Source: an uncultured Acidobacteriaceae bacterium
GTDB lineage: Bacteria > Acidobacteriota > Terriglobia > Terriglobales > Acidobacteriaceae
Assembly: GCA_963747805.1 (NCBI GenBank)
Contig: CAVVGM010000004.1
Location: 807,998-871,997, forward strand
Length of the DNA stretch: 64,000 nucleotides
Direction of reading: 5' to 3'
The position numbers were made by a program, and so were the translations under genes. How positions within the stretch are numbered: position 1 is the first letter of the stretch; every line of letters starts with the position of its first letter. Shown in pieces: positions 8,996-18,747 of the stretch. Under the pieces are notes generated by a model. That model searched no databases. It was not told the origin of the DNA and worked only from the letters and a program-made list of their open reading frames with translations.

Positions 8996-9832
8996 ATGGG
9001 CGGCGACTTAATGCTGATGCGGGTCACTCCCACACAAGTACTGCGGGATTGGCTATTGAAGAACACCGACAGCCTGCGGATGCGCCCGGAACGCGACATC
9101 ATTCTGATGGCGCGTCTGGAATTGGGGACCCAAATTTCGGAGATGGATAACGGCGACATCGCCTGGGAAATCCATAAATGGGCCGAGACTCACAGCTTTT
9201 TACCGGTGAACTGGCAAGGCACTCCTGGCTCTGCGGTTCCGGCAAACGCGGGCGCCGCTCCCGTGCGGGCCGGCGACCCCGAGATACTGGACCGCTTAAA
9301 GGCTCTCATGAAAACGCTTGGCTCCGTACCCACAGAACTCAAGTGGGTAGGAGATGGAGCGAGCGCAGGCATCTCATTCACCGGCGCGGCCGTGACCGCG
9401 GGCAAGGGCGATGCAAAGGCACAGGTCACCGCGGGCTGGGATCGCACACTCGAGTTAAAGACCGACATCTCGGGCATGACGTTCGCCGCCAAGATCGATC
9501 CTGTCAACGATAACTGGACCATGACTTTCACCATCGGCCGCCAGTCGCCGAATCTGTCCGACGTCGCGAACGTGTTCCAGCAAGGCGAAAGCGCGGTGCG
9601 TGGAGTTTTGTCCAATGCGAACAAAGTCGACTTCACCAATCCGGTAAAGACGGTGCAGCAGTTCACTCCGTACTTGACCCCGATTAAAGCGGCCATTGAT
9701 GCGGCGGGGAAGATCGCGGCGCAGCGTCCTGGGGACATCAGCTTTGGGGTATCGCTAAAAGGTGGTCTCCCGGGAGCGCCGGCGGGGTCCGGCGGCGTCA
9801 CTGGGATGGCTTTGTTCACGGTCGTCTTTTGA
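8996..9832 (+). CDS. Hypothetical protein (278 aa) with no recognisable domain
   Basis: ATG at 8996 preceded by AGAGAGGA. Balanced amino-acid composition, unlike the overlapping antisense ORF. The upstream part of the track ORF (8858-8995) looks non-coding. Confidence 0.5.
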   Translation: MGGDLMLMRVTPTQVLRDWLLKNTDSLRMRPERDIILMARLELGTQISEMDNGDIAWEIHKWAETHSFLPVNWQGTPGSAVPANAGAAPVRAGDPEILDRLKALMKTLGSVPTELKWVGDGASAGISFTGAAVTAGKGDAKAQVTAGWDRTLELKTDISGMTFAAKIDPVNDNWTMTFTIGRQSPNLSDVANVFQQGESAVRGVLSNANKVDFTNPVKTVQQFTPYLTPIKAAIDAAGKIAAQRPGDISFGVSLKGGLPGAPAGSGGVTGMALFTVVF

Positions 9833-10015
9833 GAAGCAGTCCCAAGCGAGGACGGCCGTTCCGGCCGATCAGCTTCGGCAGTCATCGCATGCATTGGCCC
9901 AGTTGTATGTGAAAAGGCGATTCTCGGCTCGCAACCCCATAGGATCGGGCTACTCAGCACTTTAAGATTCAGGGCGTCAGCATCTTGCTCGGAGCTTTCG
10001 AGCGTTCACGCCTGT

Positions 10016-11525
10016 TTGACAGGTCGCGAGTGCGCGGCCGACAATCGGCGCTCAACTCTCCTTCCAACAGTGTCTACCGCACTCATCCTCGGCTTGGTCG
10101 GCGCGCTGCTGATGTTGGCTTTTCTGGCCAACCGCGTCTTCCGGGTGACTCGCGTGCCCGACGTGCTGGTGCTGATGGCGCTGGGACTGGTGCTGGGTCC
10201 AGTGCTGGGTTTTGTGGATCCGGCGCATCTTTCCTCGACTACGAATGTGCTGGGCACACTGGCCATCATCCTTGTGCTTTTTGAGGGCGGGCTCGACCTG
10301 GACCTGCGCCGCACCTTGCGGCATTTTGCCGGCAGCGTGTTGTTGGCGGTGCTGGCTTACGGCTTCAGCATTGCGTTGGTTGGGCTGATTGTCCACAAGG
10401 GTCTGGGACTGCCGCTCACCACGGCGCTGGCGGTGGGAGCGGTGCTGGGATGCACCAGCAGCACCGTCGTGCTGCCGGTGCTGCAACAACTGGGAGCGCG
10501 TGAGCCGGTGCGGGTCACGCTGATGCTGGAAGCTTCCTGGGGCGACGTGCTCGCAGTGCTGACGGTGGGTCTGCTGCTGGGCGCGGGGAGCCAGGGCGGT
10601 GCGGTGGCCCAGCACGTTCTGCGAAGCCTGGCTGACGCAGGTGGGAGTTGCGGTGGTGTTCGCCACTGCGGCGGGAATTCTGTGGTCGCGCCTGCTGCCC
10701 GTGATGGCGGAGGCCCGCTTCTGGCAGGTGATGACCTTCTCGATTGTGCTGGTGCTGTATGCGGGCACCGAGGCCCTGGGCGCGAGTGGGCTGATCGCGG
10801 TACTGGCTTTCGGCCTGACGCTGTCGAACTTTCCGGGGATGGATCCGCGGTTCCGTGAAGTGGAAGAGGAGTCGGTATCTTTGCAGTCGCAGGAATCGCT
10901 GCTGAGTTTTCACTCCGAACTGGCGTTTCTGGTGCGCTCGTTCTTTTTTGTGCTGATCGGGGCGATTGCGGACGTGCGGAGTTTTCGCGGCCACACGCTG
11001 CTGATCCTGGGCACGCTGGGAGCGTTGTTCGCGGCGCGCTGGCTGGCTCTGCAGGTCAGTCGGCTGGCATTCCGGAACGTTGAACCAAAAGAGCGCGAAC
11101 TGATGTTGTGGATCATGCCGCGCGGTCTGATCACGGTGGTGCTGGCGCTGCAGGTGGCGGCGGCACGCAGCGAAGCCAGCTTCCTTTCCGCGCTGGCCTT
11201 CGCCGTGATCCTGGTGACGAACGTTATGGTCGTGGTGGGAAGTTTGCGAGCCAGCCGCGATGCGGCGGCGAACGCGGCGCCGGTGGAGGCGAGCGCGCCG
11301 GCTGAGATCGCGGAGACGCAGCCCGGCGAGGTGCCCGTTGTTAAGGTGCTTCCGGCTGATCCCGTGGCGGCGGCCGCTTCCAGACGCTGGATATTGGACG
11401 CCACCATGCTTGTTCTATTGGGACTGAGCGCGTGCATCTTGTGGTACGGCAACCAGCCACCGGAGCGGCGACCCCGCACCTTGCAGCACTGGGTGCAACT
11501 GCTGCATTTGCGGCAGTCGCGTTGA
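10016..11525 (+). pseudogene. Cation:proton antiporter (Na+/H+ exchanger family, CPA1/2-like) with a frame disruption near 10563-10640
   Basis: ORFs 10016..10858 and 10599..11525 each carry consecutive TM helices of one exchanger (LFEGGLDLDL, VLGCTSSTVVLPVL, then FHSELAFLVRSFFFVLIG, MPRGLITVVLAL) in frames offset by +1. The true start is uncertain (GTG at 10070 is possible). Confidence 0.7.
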
Positions 11526-11610
11526 TTCGGCCCGATGGCGTCCGAGCCTCTAGAACTCGAGAAAGAGGAACGAGTTAGCGTTGATTACGAGGGTCTTGGT
11601 ACGAGGCCGC

Positions 11611-11988
11611 TCAGCGGTGGGAATCAAATTCAATTTTTACAGTCAGCGTTTCTTCCGATGCCGAGGGAGCGTAGCGCCATTGTTTGATTGCCTTCATGGT
11701 GGACTGACCAAGAATCGGGCTCCCGCCGAGCAGTTTTGTGCTCTTTACCACTCCGCTGGGTTCGACCTCAACCTCGACTCGAACCACTCCGCCGATGTAA
11801 AGCCGTTTCAGAGTTTCGGGGTATTCAGGCTCGACCCGCGTGATCAACTTTCTCTCGCTGGAGCTTTGCTCCTGAACCTGGGCGACGAAAGGCACTGCGC
11901 TGAGGAGCAGGGTAATAAGCAGACTCAGCGTGACGAGAAATCTGCGTCCACTGCTTACCCGACAGCTCTCAACCTCGCTTTTCAACAT
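11611..11988 (-). CDS. TonB C-terminal-domain protein (energy transducer-like, short)
   Basis: N-terminal membrane anchor, then VEPEYPETLKRLYIGGVVRVEVEVEPSGVV...AIKQWRYAP, a typical TonB_C pattern. Confidence 0.7.
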   Translation of the reverse strand: MLKSEVESCRVSSGRRFLVTLSLLITLLLSAVPFVAQVQEQSSSERKLITRVEPEYPETLKRLYIGGVVRVEVEVEPSGVVKSTKLLGGSPILGQSTMKAIKQWRYAPSASEETLTVKIEFDSHR

Positions 11989-12054
11989 GTTCAGTCCTCG
12001 CAACGTTCCGTCCTCGAAATCAAGATCGCGCAATCGGCATCACGATAATCATGG

Positions 12055-13818
12055 TCACGGCAGTTCCACGGTCAATCGGTAAACTTCCTGCGTGCTGCGG
12101 TCGCGCACAAACATCCAGGAGCCGTCGGCAGCGCGGCCGGTCCACAGGCCTAACGGGCCGAGGTAACGGTCGATGCCATCAAGCACGAAAACTCGCTCGG
12201 CCTGACTCTCGCCTACCTTCACTCTTCGAATCGACTCATCGTCCGTGACCAGATCGTCGAAGTAGAGGTAGTGGCTGTCCGCGGACCACACTGGATAGTT
12301 CACCGCACCTGCTGGTTCCGTCAGCCAAGCCGACCATTTCTGGGTTTCAAACTCGAACAGCATCATCGTTGTAAGGTCGGCCGAGAGCGCGGCAATGTAC
12401 CGTCCATCCGGCGACCAGCGGGGACTGAATAGCCCGTCGGACCCCGGAACGGTCACGATCTTGTGGGTTTTCACATCCACAATTCGAATGTTCAGGCCTT
12501 CCGTATCATGCAGGAAATATCCAAACATGATGCGAGTACCATCCGGCGACCAACTGGCATCCACCTGATTGCGGCTCTCTGCCAGAATTTCTTCGGAGGC
12601 TCCGCCGCCCGCGGGGATAACTGCGATTTTCCAGGACTTTCCCGGCTGCATGCTGACGTAGGCGATCCGCTTTCCGTCGGGTGACCAGTGCGGCAAAGCT
12701 GCGCGTTCGGGGGCCGACGTGAGCCGGAACTTCTCTGTGCCGTCGGCGCGGCACTTCCACAGTGTGCCTTCGGGAATTGCTACAAAGGTGATCCACTTGC
12801 CGTCGGACGAGAAGTCCAGGTCAGTTGCTGAAACTCCAGAAGCGACAGGGACGAATTTTTTCTTGTCGAGGTCGAACTCCACGGCCTCAACGGACGGTTG
12901 AACCCCGATTGCCCAGATGTTCTTGTTGTCCGCGGCCGGGGAAACATTCCCGAACGACATGGGACCGCTCGTCAGTGGAACCACGGCGGGCGAACCGGCG
13001 CTAGTATTCCGCCCGGAATCTGGCAACGCCCATAGAGTAGTGATGGTGGTCGGGGAACTCTGAGTCGCTTGAAAAATGTAGTAGCGACCGTCGGGAGTCC
13101 AGCTGCCGCAGCATGCCGCGGAGCCATATTGCCAATCGGCGAGCAAGGCATGAGGATTGGATCCGTCTCGACCAACCTCCCAGAGTGAGGTTTTGTTCTG
13201 CGCGACATCTCCCACGGTGAAGCGAATGCGCTGACCATCGGGAGAGAAACGGGGCGCAAACACCGATCCGTTTGCGGTGAACAGCTCGCGCACTTGCGTT
13301 CCGTTTGCGCTGGACAGGTAGAGAACCGGGCCTTTGCCGAAGGCAAGGTGCTGGCCGTCAGCAGACCACGTGGCATCGCGGCCGGTGAGGGTGCCCACTC
13401 GCTCGGGAGATCCGCTCGTGATCGGCAGCGTCCAGAATTCATGGTCGAGAGATCCACCCTGGATCGGCGACACCAACAGCTTGGTGTGATCGGGTGAGAG
13501 ATCGAGCGCCTGGAGATTGGAAAAAGGGCTGGAAACCAGCGATCGATCCGAGCGTTGCAGCGACACCTTGGCAATCACATGACGCGCGGCCGGCCACTCG
13601 GTGACATAAAGATTGGAATCGTCCGACAATAAGTTCGTTTTGCTGACTCCGTCATGCGTAATCTGCTCAACCGAAGTCACCCTCGGCAACGCCGGCGACG
13701 CTCCGCGCGCGAAGCTCCCGGGGAAAGCGGCGCTGACGGCGATAATTCCGACGAGCGTGACAAGAGCGAGAAGCGAAGAGATTTTGAGTGCCGATACTTT
13801 CCCGTGCTCGGTGGTCAT
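12055..13818 (-). CDS. TolB-like WD40/beta-propeller repeat protein, N-terminally anchored or exported
   Basis: Repeated ...SPDG..IAF/...WSPDGR.. blades (FSPDGQRIRF, WTPDGRYYIF, WSPDGKRIAY, WSPDGTRIMF, WSPDGRYIAA) and an N-terminal hydrophobic segment. Confidence 0.75.
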   Translation of the reverse strand: MTTEHGKVSALKISSLLALVTLVGIIAVSAAFPGSFARGASPALPRVTSVEQITHDGVSKTNLLSDDSNLYVTEWPAARHVIAKVSLQRSDRSLVSSPFSNLQALDLSPDHTKLLVSPIQGGSLDHEFWTLPITSGSPERVGTLTGRDATWSADGQHLAFGKGPVLYLSSANGTQVRELFTANGSVFAPRFSPDGQRIRFTVGDVAQNKTSLWEVGRDGSNPHALLADWQYGSAACCGSWTPDGRYYIFQATQSSPTTITTLWALPDSGRNTSAGSPAVVPLTSGPMSFGNVSPAADNKNIWAIGVQPSVEAVEFDLDKKKFVPVASGVSATDLDFSSDGKWITFVAIPEGTLWKCRADGTEKFRLTSAPERAALPHWSPDGKRIAYVSMQPGKSWKIAVIPAGGGASEEILAESRNQVDASWSPDGTRIMFGYFLHDTEGLNIRIVDVKTHKIVTVPGSDGLFSPRWSPDGRYIAALSADLTTMMLFEFETQKWSAWLTEPAGAVNYPVWSADSHYLYFDDLVTDDESIRRVKVGESQAERVFVLDGIDRYLGPLGLWTGRAADGSWMFVRDRSTQEVYRLTVELP

Positions 13819-14013
13819 GGGCGAATGCTAGCAGGGAGTCGTTCTGGGAAGGTCCCGAAAGTGGCAGTTGTGGATTACGAGCGTAACGCCTCTGGCGAAT
13901 ATTCCAATTCACCGCCAACCCACCCGGCGCAAACGCAAAAAGCGGCGGAGTTGTTACGCTCCGCCGCTTCTGGTCGTTTACTCGGTGCGACGACAAAAGT
14001 CAGCACCTGCTGG

Positions 14014-14490
14014 TTAGCGGTGTTCGCCGCCTCCGTGTTCGCCTCCACCATGGGCTGCTGCGGCATGGGGAGCTGCATGAGACGCGCCACCGTGGGCCGC
14101 TGCTGCATGTGGAGCGGCATGGGAAGCGCCACGGGGCGTGGCACCACGCGCTGCTACTGCATGGCCACCTCCACGATTGCCCGCATAGACACGCCCGTTT
14201 CCACGACCGGCGACATATCTTCCTCCGCCACCGCCGTTGAAGCGATGTTCGCCCCAGCCGTGGCCGTAGCCCCAGTTCGCCCAGGGCCCCACGCCTAAGA
14301 AGACGCCATTATAGAAATAGCCTGGCCCGTAAAAGCCACTGGGCGCGCAGCCGTATGGTGCATAGTCGTAATAGCCGTAGGAACAGACCGGTTGAATGCC
14401 TATGCCGACGCTAATTTGTGCACTGGCGGGTGGCGCCAGGGCCAAAGGGACGAGCAAGGTTGCCGTACCGGCCAGAAGAAGACTGCGCAT
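14014..14490 (-). CDS. Secreted Gly/Tyr/His-rich low-complexity protein
   Basis: Signal peptide MRSLLLAGTATLLVPLALAPPASA, a Tyr/Gly-rich core, and a His/Ala-rich C-terminal tandem repeat (GASHAAPHAAAAHGG twice, GGGEH twice). Confidence 0.55.
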   Translation of the reverse strand: MRSLLLAGTATLLVPLALAPPASAQISVGIGIQPVCSYGYYDYAPYGCAPSGFYGPGYFYNGVFLGVGPWANWGYGHGWGEHRFNGGGGGRYVAGRGNGRVYAGNRGGGHAVAARGATPRGASHAAPHAAAAHGGASHAAPHAAAAHGGGEHGGGEHR

Positions 14491-14783
14491 TGCGAGCTTA
14501 TGAGTCCAGCGCGCCACGCTTTTAACTTGCCACATGTTGTTATCCTCCCGAACTTCTGCTCTCGCTATCCAAGCTTTCGATCCAAACTAGATGGTTCAAG
14601 TATCGGCTTTGGGCGGGCGGATAGATGGTCAATACGGACCGCTGTAGGGAATGGTCGTTCTTGGGCGTTTTCGGCGAACCGAAACGGGAATGGACAGTCG
14701 GCGTCGCGTTTGCCGGCTCTAGGGAAGAAGCCGCCTCGCTGCGCTTGGCGGGACAGCCGAGGCGGCTGTCTCTAGATGAGCAT

Positions 14784-16007
14784 CTAGAGGTACTGGAGCC
14801 ACCAGTCACTCCGCCTAGCCTTAAGCGCGGCGAACCAGCGGCAGGCGAAATAGAGCAAGACGATCGCAATCGCCCAGACCAGATAAAGAAGGGGAAGGCT
14901 CCACACGTAGCCTTGTGGCGGCTCGGGATTGCCCATGGGATGGTTGGTGAAGAGCCAGGGGCTGACGTACCCGAGGCGAATTTTCGAGACGATAAGGGCG
15001 AGCGCATGGATCAAGGGGATGTGAAGCATGTAATAGAAGAAGGGCACGCGTCCGAAAAGAGTGATTCCGCGGGTGACGGCGCCGTTCAGTCCCTCGACCA
15101 GCGGGATCAGCGTGATGATGGGGCCGAGCGTCATCAACAGGAAGTCGAGCGACGCGGGATATTTCGCCGTGTTCAGAAATGAAAAGAGCGCGGGCATGGG
15201 CGGGGCGCCGTTGCGTCCTGCAGTGGAGACGTGCCAGGGGCGCGGGTCGCCGTACAGATTGAATCCGCGCAGAATCAGAAAGAGCGCGATCGCGGAGAGT
15301 CCGATGGTCAGGCACAGGCGTTTTCTGCGCGTGGGCTCAAATGTCAGGATCTTGCCGAAGGCGTAGCCGGCGGCCATAACGCCGATCCACGGCACGATGG
15401 AATAGAGCACGGTAAGGTAGGGTCCGTTGCGGCCAAACTGGACCGGTCCGGCGAAAAAGCCGACGTAGAAAATTTTCCAGAGGCCGGAGAGCGGGTTCTG
15501 GTCGAGGCCATCGAGCAGCTTGCCCAAGTGTGAATCCATCAGGTTATGAGCGCCGATGATGACCACCCCGATCGCACCCACCACAGGCAGCGGGAGTTTC
15601 ACGAACCCGGCCATCAGGATCATGCAGACTCCAATGACCCAGATGACGCCCGCCATCTCGTAATGCCGGAAATCGAAATTGAAGGTCCAGGCGACGCGAA
15701 GGAATGTGAGCTCAAGGAAGACGAGCCAGGCGCCGCGGATCAGCAGATATTTCGACACACCGGAGTGCTTGCGGGCGTAGAGGAAGATGCTGGTCCCGGC
15801 CAGGAAGATGAACGCGGGCGCACAAAAGTGGGTGATCCAGCGGGTGAAGAAGATTCCCGGGGTGGGCCCTCCGGCGGGCAGCCCCGAATAGACGCGCACG
15901 TGGTCGATGGCCATCACAATCATCACCGCGCCGCGAATGAGATCGATGGATGCGATGCGGGAAGGTGGCGTGATGCCGACTGCGAGCGGGGGCGGGGCAG
16001 TGCTCAT
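14784..16007 (-). CDS. DUF1624 / heparan-alpha-glucosaminide N-acetyltransferase-like membrane acyltransferase
   Basis: RIASIDLIRGAVMIVMAIDHVR signature followed by about 10 TM helices. ATG at 16007 chosen over the track start at 16136. Confidence 0.7.
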   Translation of the reverse strand: MSTAPPPLAVGITPPSRIASIDLIRGAVMIVMAIDHVRVYSGLPAGGPTPGIFFTRWITHFCAPAFIFLAGTSIFLYARKHSGVSKYLLIRGAWLVFLELTFLRVAWTFNFDFRHYEMAGVIWVIGVCMILMAGFVKLPLPVVGAIGVVIIGAHNLMDSHLGKLLDGLDQNPLSGLWKIFYVGFFAGPVQFGRNGPYLTVLYSIVPWIGVMAAGYAFGKILTFEPTRRKRLCLTIGLSAIALFLILRGFNLYGDPRPWHVSTAGRNGAPPMPALFSFLNTAKYPASLDFLLMTLGPIITLIPLVEGLNGAVTRGITLFGRVPFFYYMLHIPLIHALALIVSKIRLGYVSPWLFTNHPMGNPEPPQGYVWSLPLLYLVWAIAIVLLYFACRWFAALKARRSDWWLQYL

Positions 16008-16283
16008 GAATTTGCTCCGGGGCGCGGGAACCGTGAAACGATAACACGGGCCGAGAAAATCCCGCCACGTGCAGGTTTCGCGCTCCCCGCGTGGTAATTG
16101 GTCCACGAGTGCACGTTCGTAATTTGAAAGTGGCATGAGAGGTGGTCAGAATCAACCTAACGCCACTTCAAGAGCAGCGATAAAAAGAGCTTCGAATAAA
16201 AAAAGAGCAGCGATGAAAAGCTTCCTGCCTGGGAACACGTCGCTGACATTAACCCCACCCTGGCCAGTTGGAAGTGAGTAGTC

Positions 16284-16712
16284 ATGTCTCGGCTAAAATC
16301 AAAAATTCTCTGTATTGATGATCATTGGAATGGACTTATTGGCCGGAAGATGTTGCTGGAAAAAAACGGCTATGAAGTTCTGGAAGCCAGCGGCGGGGAC
16401 GAAGGTCTGAAGCTGTTCCGCTCGAATCGGGTGGACGCGGTAGTGCTCGACTACCAGATGCCTGGCATGAACGGCGACGTGGTGGCCGCGAAGATGAAGC
16501 GGATCAAATCCAGCGTCCCGATCATGATGCTATCCGCCTACGAGCCCCTGCCGAAAAACAAATTGAAGGCCGTGGACGCCTTCTTGTCCAAGTCGCAACC
16601 GACAGATAAACTCCTGTCGAACCTGCAGCATATGATCGACGGCCGGTCGAAACCATTTTTCCACCGCTGGCTCGATCTCTGGAGAGACCGCAATCAGGGG
16701 GTGAAACATTGA
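16284..16712 (+). CDS. Single-domain response regulator (receiver only)
   Basis: ILCIDDH...VDAVVLDYQMPGMNG...PIMMLSAY matches the CheY-like receiver pattern. Confidence 0.85.
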   Translation: MSRLKSKILCIDDHWNGLIGRKMLLEKNGYEVLEASGGDEGLKLFRSNRVDAVVLDYQMPGMNGDVVAAKMKRIKSSVPIMMLSAYEPLPKNKLKAVDAFLSKSQPTDKLLSNLQHMIDGRSKPFFHRWLDLWRDRNQGVKH

Positions 16713-16915
16713 ACCTCTTGAAGCGCTTTCTCGGGAACTGGTGCATACATCGGTTTGCGTGGCCGCGCATCGACGCCAACGACCGTCACTACCAGATCTG
16801 CCTGCTCTGCGGAACCGCCTACGAATACGACTGGAGAATGATGCAACGGACGAACCGGGTGGTGGTAGACCCGAGTCTGGGTAACGTGCTGATGCGTCCT
16901 GAAATCAGACCTTAA
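16709..16915 (+). CDS. Small Cys/His-containing protein (possible zinc-ribbon), translationally coupled to the response regulator
   Basis: TTG start overlaps the response regulator stop by 4 nt. WCIHRF...YQICLLCGTAYEYDW gives a C-x-H...C-x2-C arrangement. I recognise no family. Confidence 0.4.
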   Translation: MNLLKRFLGNWCIHRFAWPRIDANDRHYQICLLCGTAYEYDWRMMQRTNRVVVDPSLGNVLMRPEIRP

Positions 16916-16999
16916 AGCGGAAGGTGATTTTGGGAAAGCAACTGTTAAGCCGTAGTCGGAACTCGAGCGTCAGTTCCGGGCACCAACTCTTAGCGGTGT

Positions 17000-17398
17000 C
17001 TACTTCCGCGCGGCAGAGGCAGCCAGCTGCTTCTTGATGCTCTCAAGCTTCACCAACAAAGGTTCGGGGCCCTGATCCAAAGAGAGTTCTGATTTTTCCA
17101 GGAAGGCGAACGCTCCGTCCTTCTCCATTTTGGCCGCGTTTTTCTGGGAGAGGCCGCTCATCACCACTACCGGAATCGCTGCCGTCGTGGGATCAAGCTT
17201 CAGCGCCTTCAGCACATCCGGGCCGCTGAGTTTCGGTAGCATCATGTCCAGGAGAATGAGATCAGGGAGCTTTTCTCGCGCCAGGCGCAAGCCTTCTTCG
17301 CCGTCCGCTGCGCTGGTCACCTCGTAACCAGCGCGGACCATCGCGCGCTCCGTAGCCAACCTCAGAAACTTGCTGTCTTCCACCAGGAGAATTTTCAT
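17000..17398 (-). CDS. Single-domain response regulator (receiver only)
   Basis: MKILLVEDSKFLR...PDLILLDMMLPKLSG...PVVVMSGL. ATG at 17398 chosen. Confidence 0.85.
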   Translation of the reverse strand: MKILLVEDSKFLRLATERAMVRAGYEVTSAADGEEGLRLAREKLPDLILLDMMLPKLSGPDVLKALKLDPTTAAIPVVVMSGLSQKNAAKMEKDGAFAFLEKSELSLDQGPEPLLVKLESIKKQLAASAARK

Positions 17399-17761
17399 GT
17401 TGGCTGTTGCACGGGGCCGCACAGCGGGTTCAACAATTCGCGGAATGAACCACACTCTCTTTAGCTTCTATCGTCAGTTCAGTCGGTTTGCATTAGGGTG
17501 AGAATTCACTGCAAGATTTTGCCGAGCATGGACGAACCAGTCTCGCTTCGCTCGACCGGACCCTTCGGCTTCACTCAAGGCAGGCTCCTTCGGCCGTCCC
17601 CAGGGCACACTATCGGGGGTGGTCGTCCCTACCTGGGCACCTTGAGATGGCGAGATTCGACGATTCCCTTATAATGACCAAGCCTTGCTCGGACCGAAGT
17701 TCAAATTTTGTGCGTCGGGATTCCGAGTTGCTGCCTTCGTGGTCCGATGGTGATCCACTGC

Positions 17762-18532
17762 ATGGACGTAAAACCGGGGATGGAAGTGGCGTGTCTAACC
17801 GACGTTGGCCGCCAGAGAGAAAACAATGAGGATTCCTGTCTCTATTGGGAACCGCAGGACGAAGCGGATTTTCGTCGCAAAGGCCGCCTCGCCGTGATCG
17901 CCGACGGCATGGGTGGTTATGAAGGCGGGCAAGAAGCCAGCCGCCTCGCCGTAGAAACCGTTCGAGAGGTCTACGACCAGGCGTTCCAAAAAGATCCCCA
18001 GTCGACGCTGATCAAGGCATTCGCCTCGGCACACGAACGCATTCAGAACTACGCGGAGACTCATCCTGAACTCCGAGGCATGGGAACCACGTGCACCGCT
18101 CTGGTGGTTCGGGGGCATGAACTATATTTTGCGCATGTGGGCGACAGCAGGCTTTATCTGATTCGCGGCTTGGTGCTTTCCCGCCTGACGCGCGACCACT
18201 CTTATGTAGGACGATTAGTGGAGAACGGCATTGTGCGCCCCGAAGATGCGGAATCGCATCCGCAACGGCACATTCTGACGGCTGCTCTGGGATCGGGAAA
18301 CGAAGTGGCGGCCGACCTCTCGCAGCACGCAGTTCCACTGCAGCAAAGCGATGCGCTGGTTCTTTGCACCGACGGTCTTTGGAGCGTGGTGAACGAACGC
18401 GAGATCGTGACCGCGGTGAATGAATTCGATCCGGAAGAGTGCTGCCGGGCACTGGTCAACAAGGCGCTGGAACGAGGCGGTCCCGACAACATTACAGTGC
18501 AGGTAATCCGCGTGGGAGCGGAGACGGACTGA
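17762..18532 (+). CDS. PP2C-family Ser/Thr protein phosphatase
   Basis: TDVGRQRENNEDS, VIADGMGG, GTTCTALV, FAHVGDSRLYL, LCTDGLW and GGPDNITV motifs. Confidence 0.85.
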   Translation: MDVKPGMEVACLTDVGRQRENNEDSCLYWEPQDEADFRRKGRLAVIADGMGGYEGGQEASRLAVETVREVYDQAFQKDPQSTLIKAFASAHERIQNYAETHPELRGMGTTCTALVVRGHELYFAHVGDSRLYLIRGLVLSRLTRDHSYVGRLVENGIVRPEDAESHPQRHILTAALGSGNEVAADLSQHAVPLQQSDALVLCTDGLWSVVNEREIVTAVNEFDPEECCRALVNKALERGGPDNITVQVIRVGAETD

Positions 18533-18747
18533 CCCCAAAATTCTGATTTTGCGCTATTCCGTCCCCCAAAAACTGCAAACTGGTTCACATCGGCGCAATC
18601 GAAACCACCTCCAGCGGCGGACAAGTTATTCAATCTAAAGTGGATGCGAGAATTCCCGAGCCCAGGAATGGGTCGCCGGCGTGCATCGTCTTGCAGGTCG
18701 ATAAAGTCTAGCTAGTTAGTCGTATTTATGGCAAAATCGGGAGCGTT

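Noticed and set aside
9190-9960. 256-aa minus-strand ORF opposite the 8996-9832 hypothetical gene
   Set aside because: Its Pro/Ser/Ala/Cys-rich translation has no structure-like pattern. The plus-strand frame has normal composition and an RBS-preceded ATG. Neither frame has a known domain, so this call is less certain than the other antisense rejections.
17540-17640. Sequence …CGCTTCGCTCGACCGGACCCTTCGGCTTCACTCAAGGCAGGCTCCTTCGGCC… resembling a dispersed repeat seen in other soil-bacterial genomes
   Set aside because: This rests only on a vague recollection. There is no second copy in this window and no clear structure, so the evidence is insufficient to call a repeat element.
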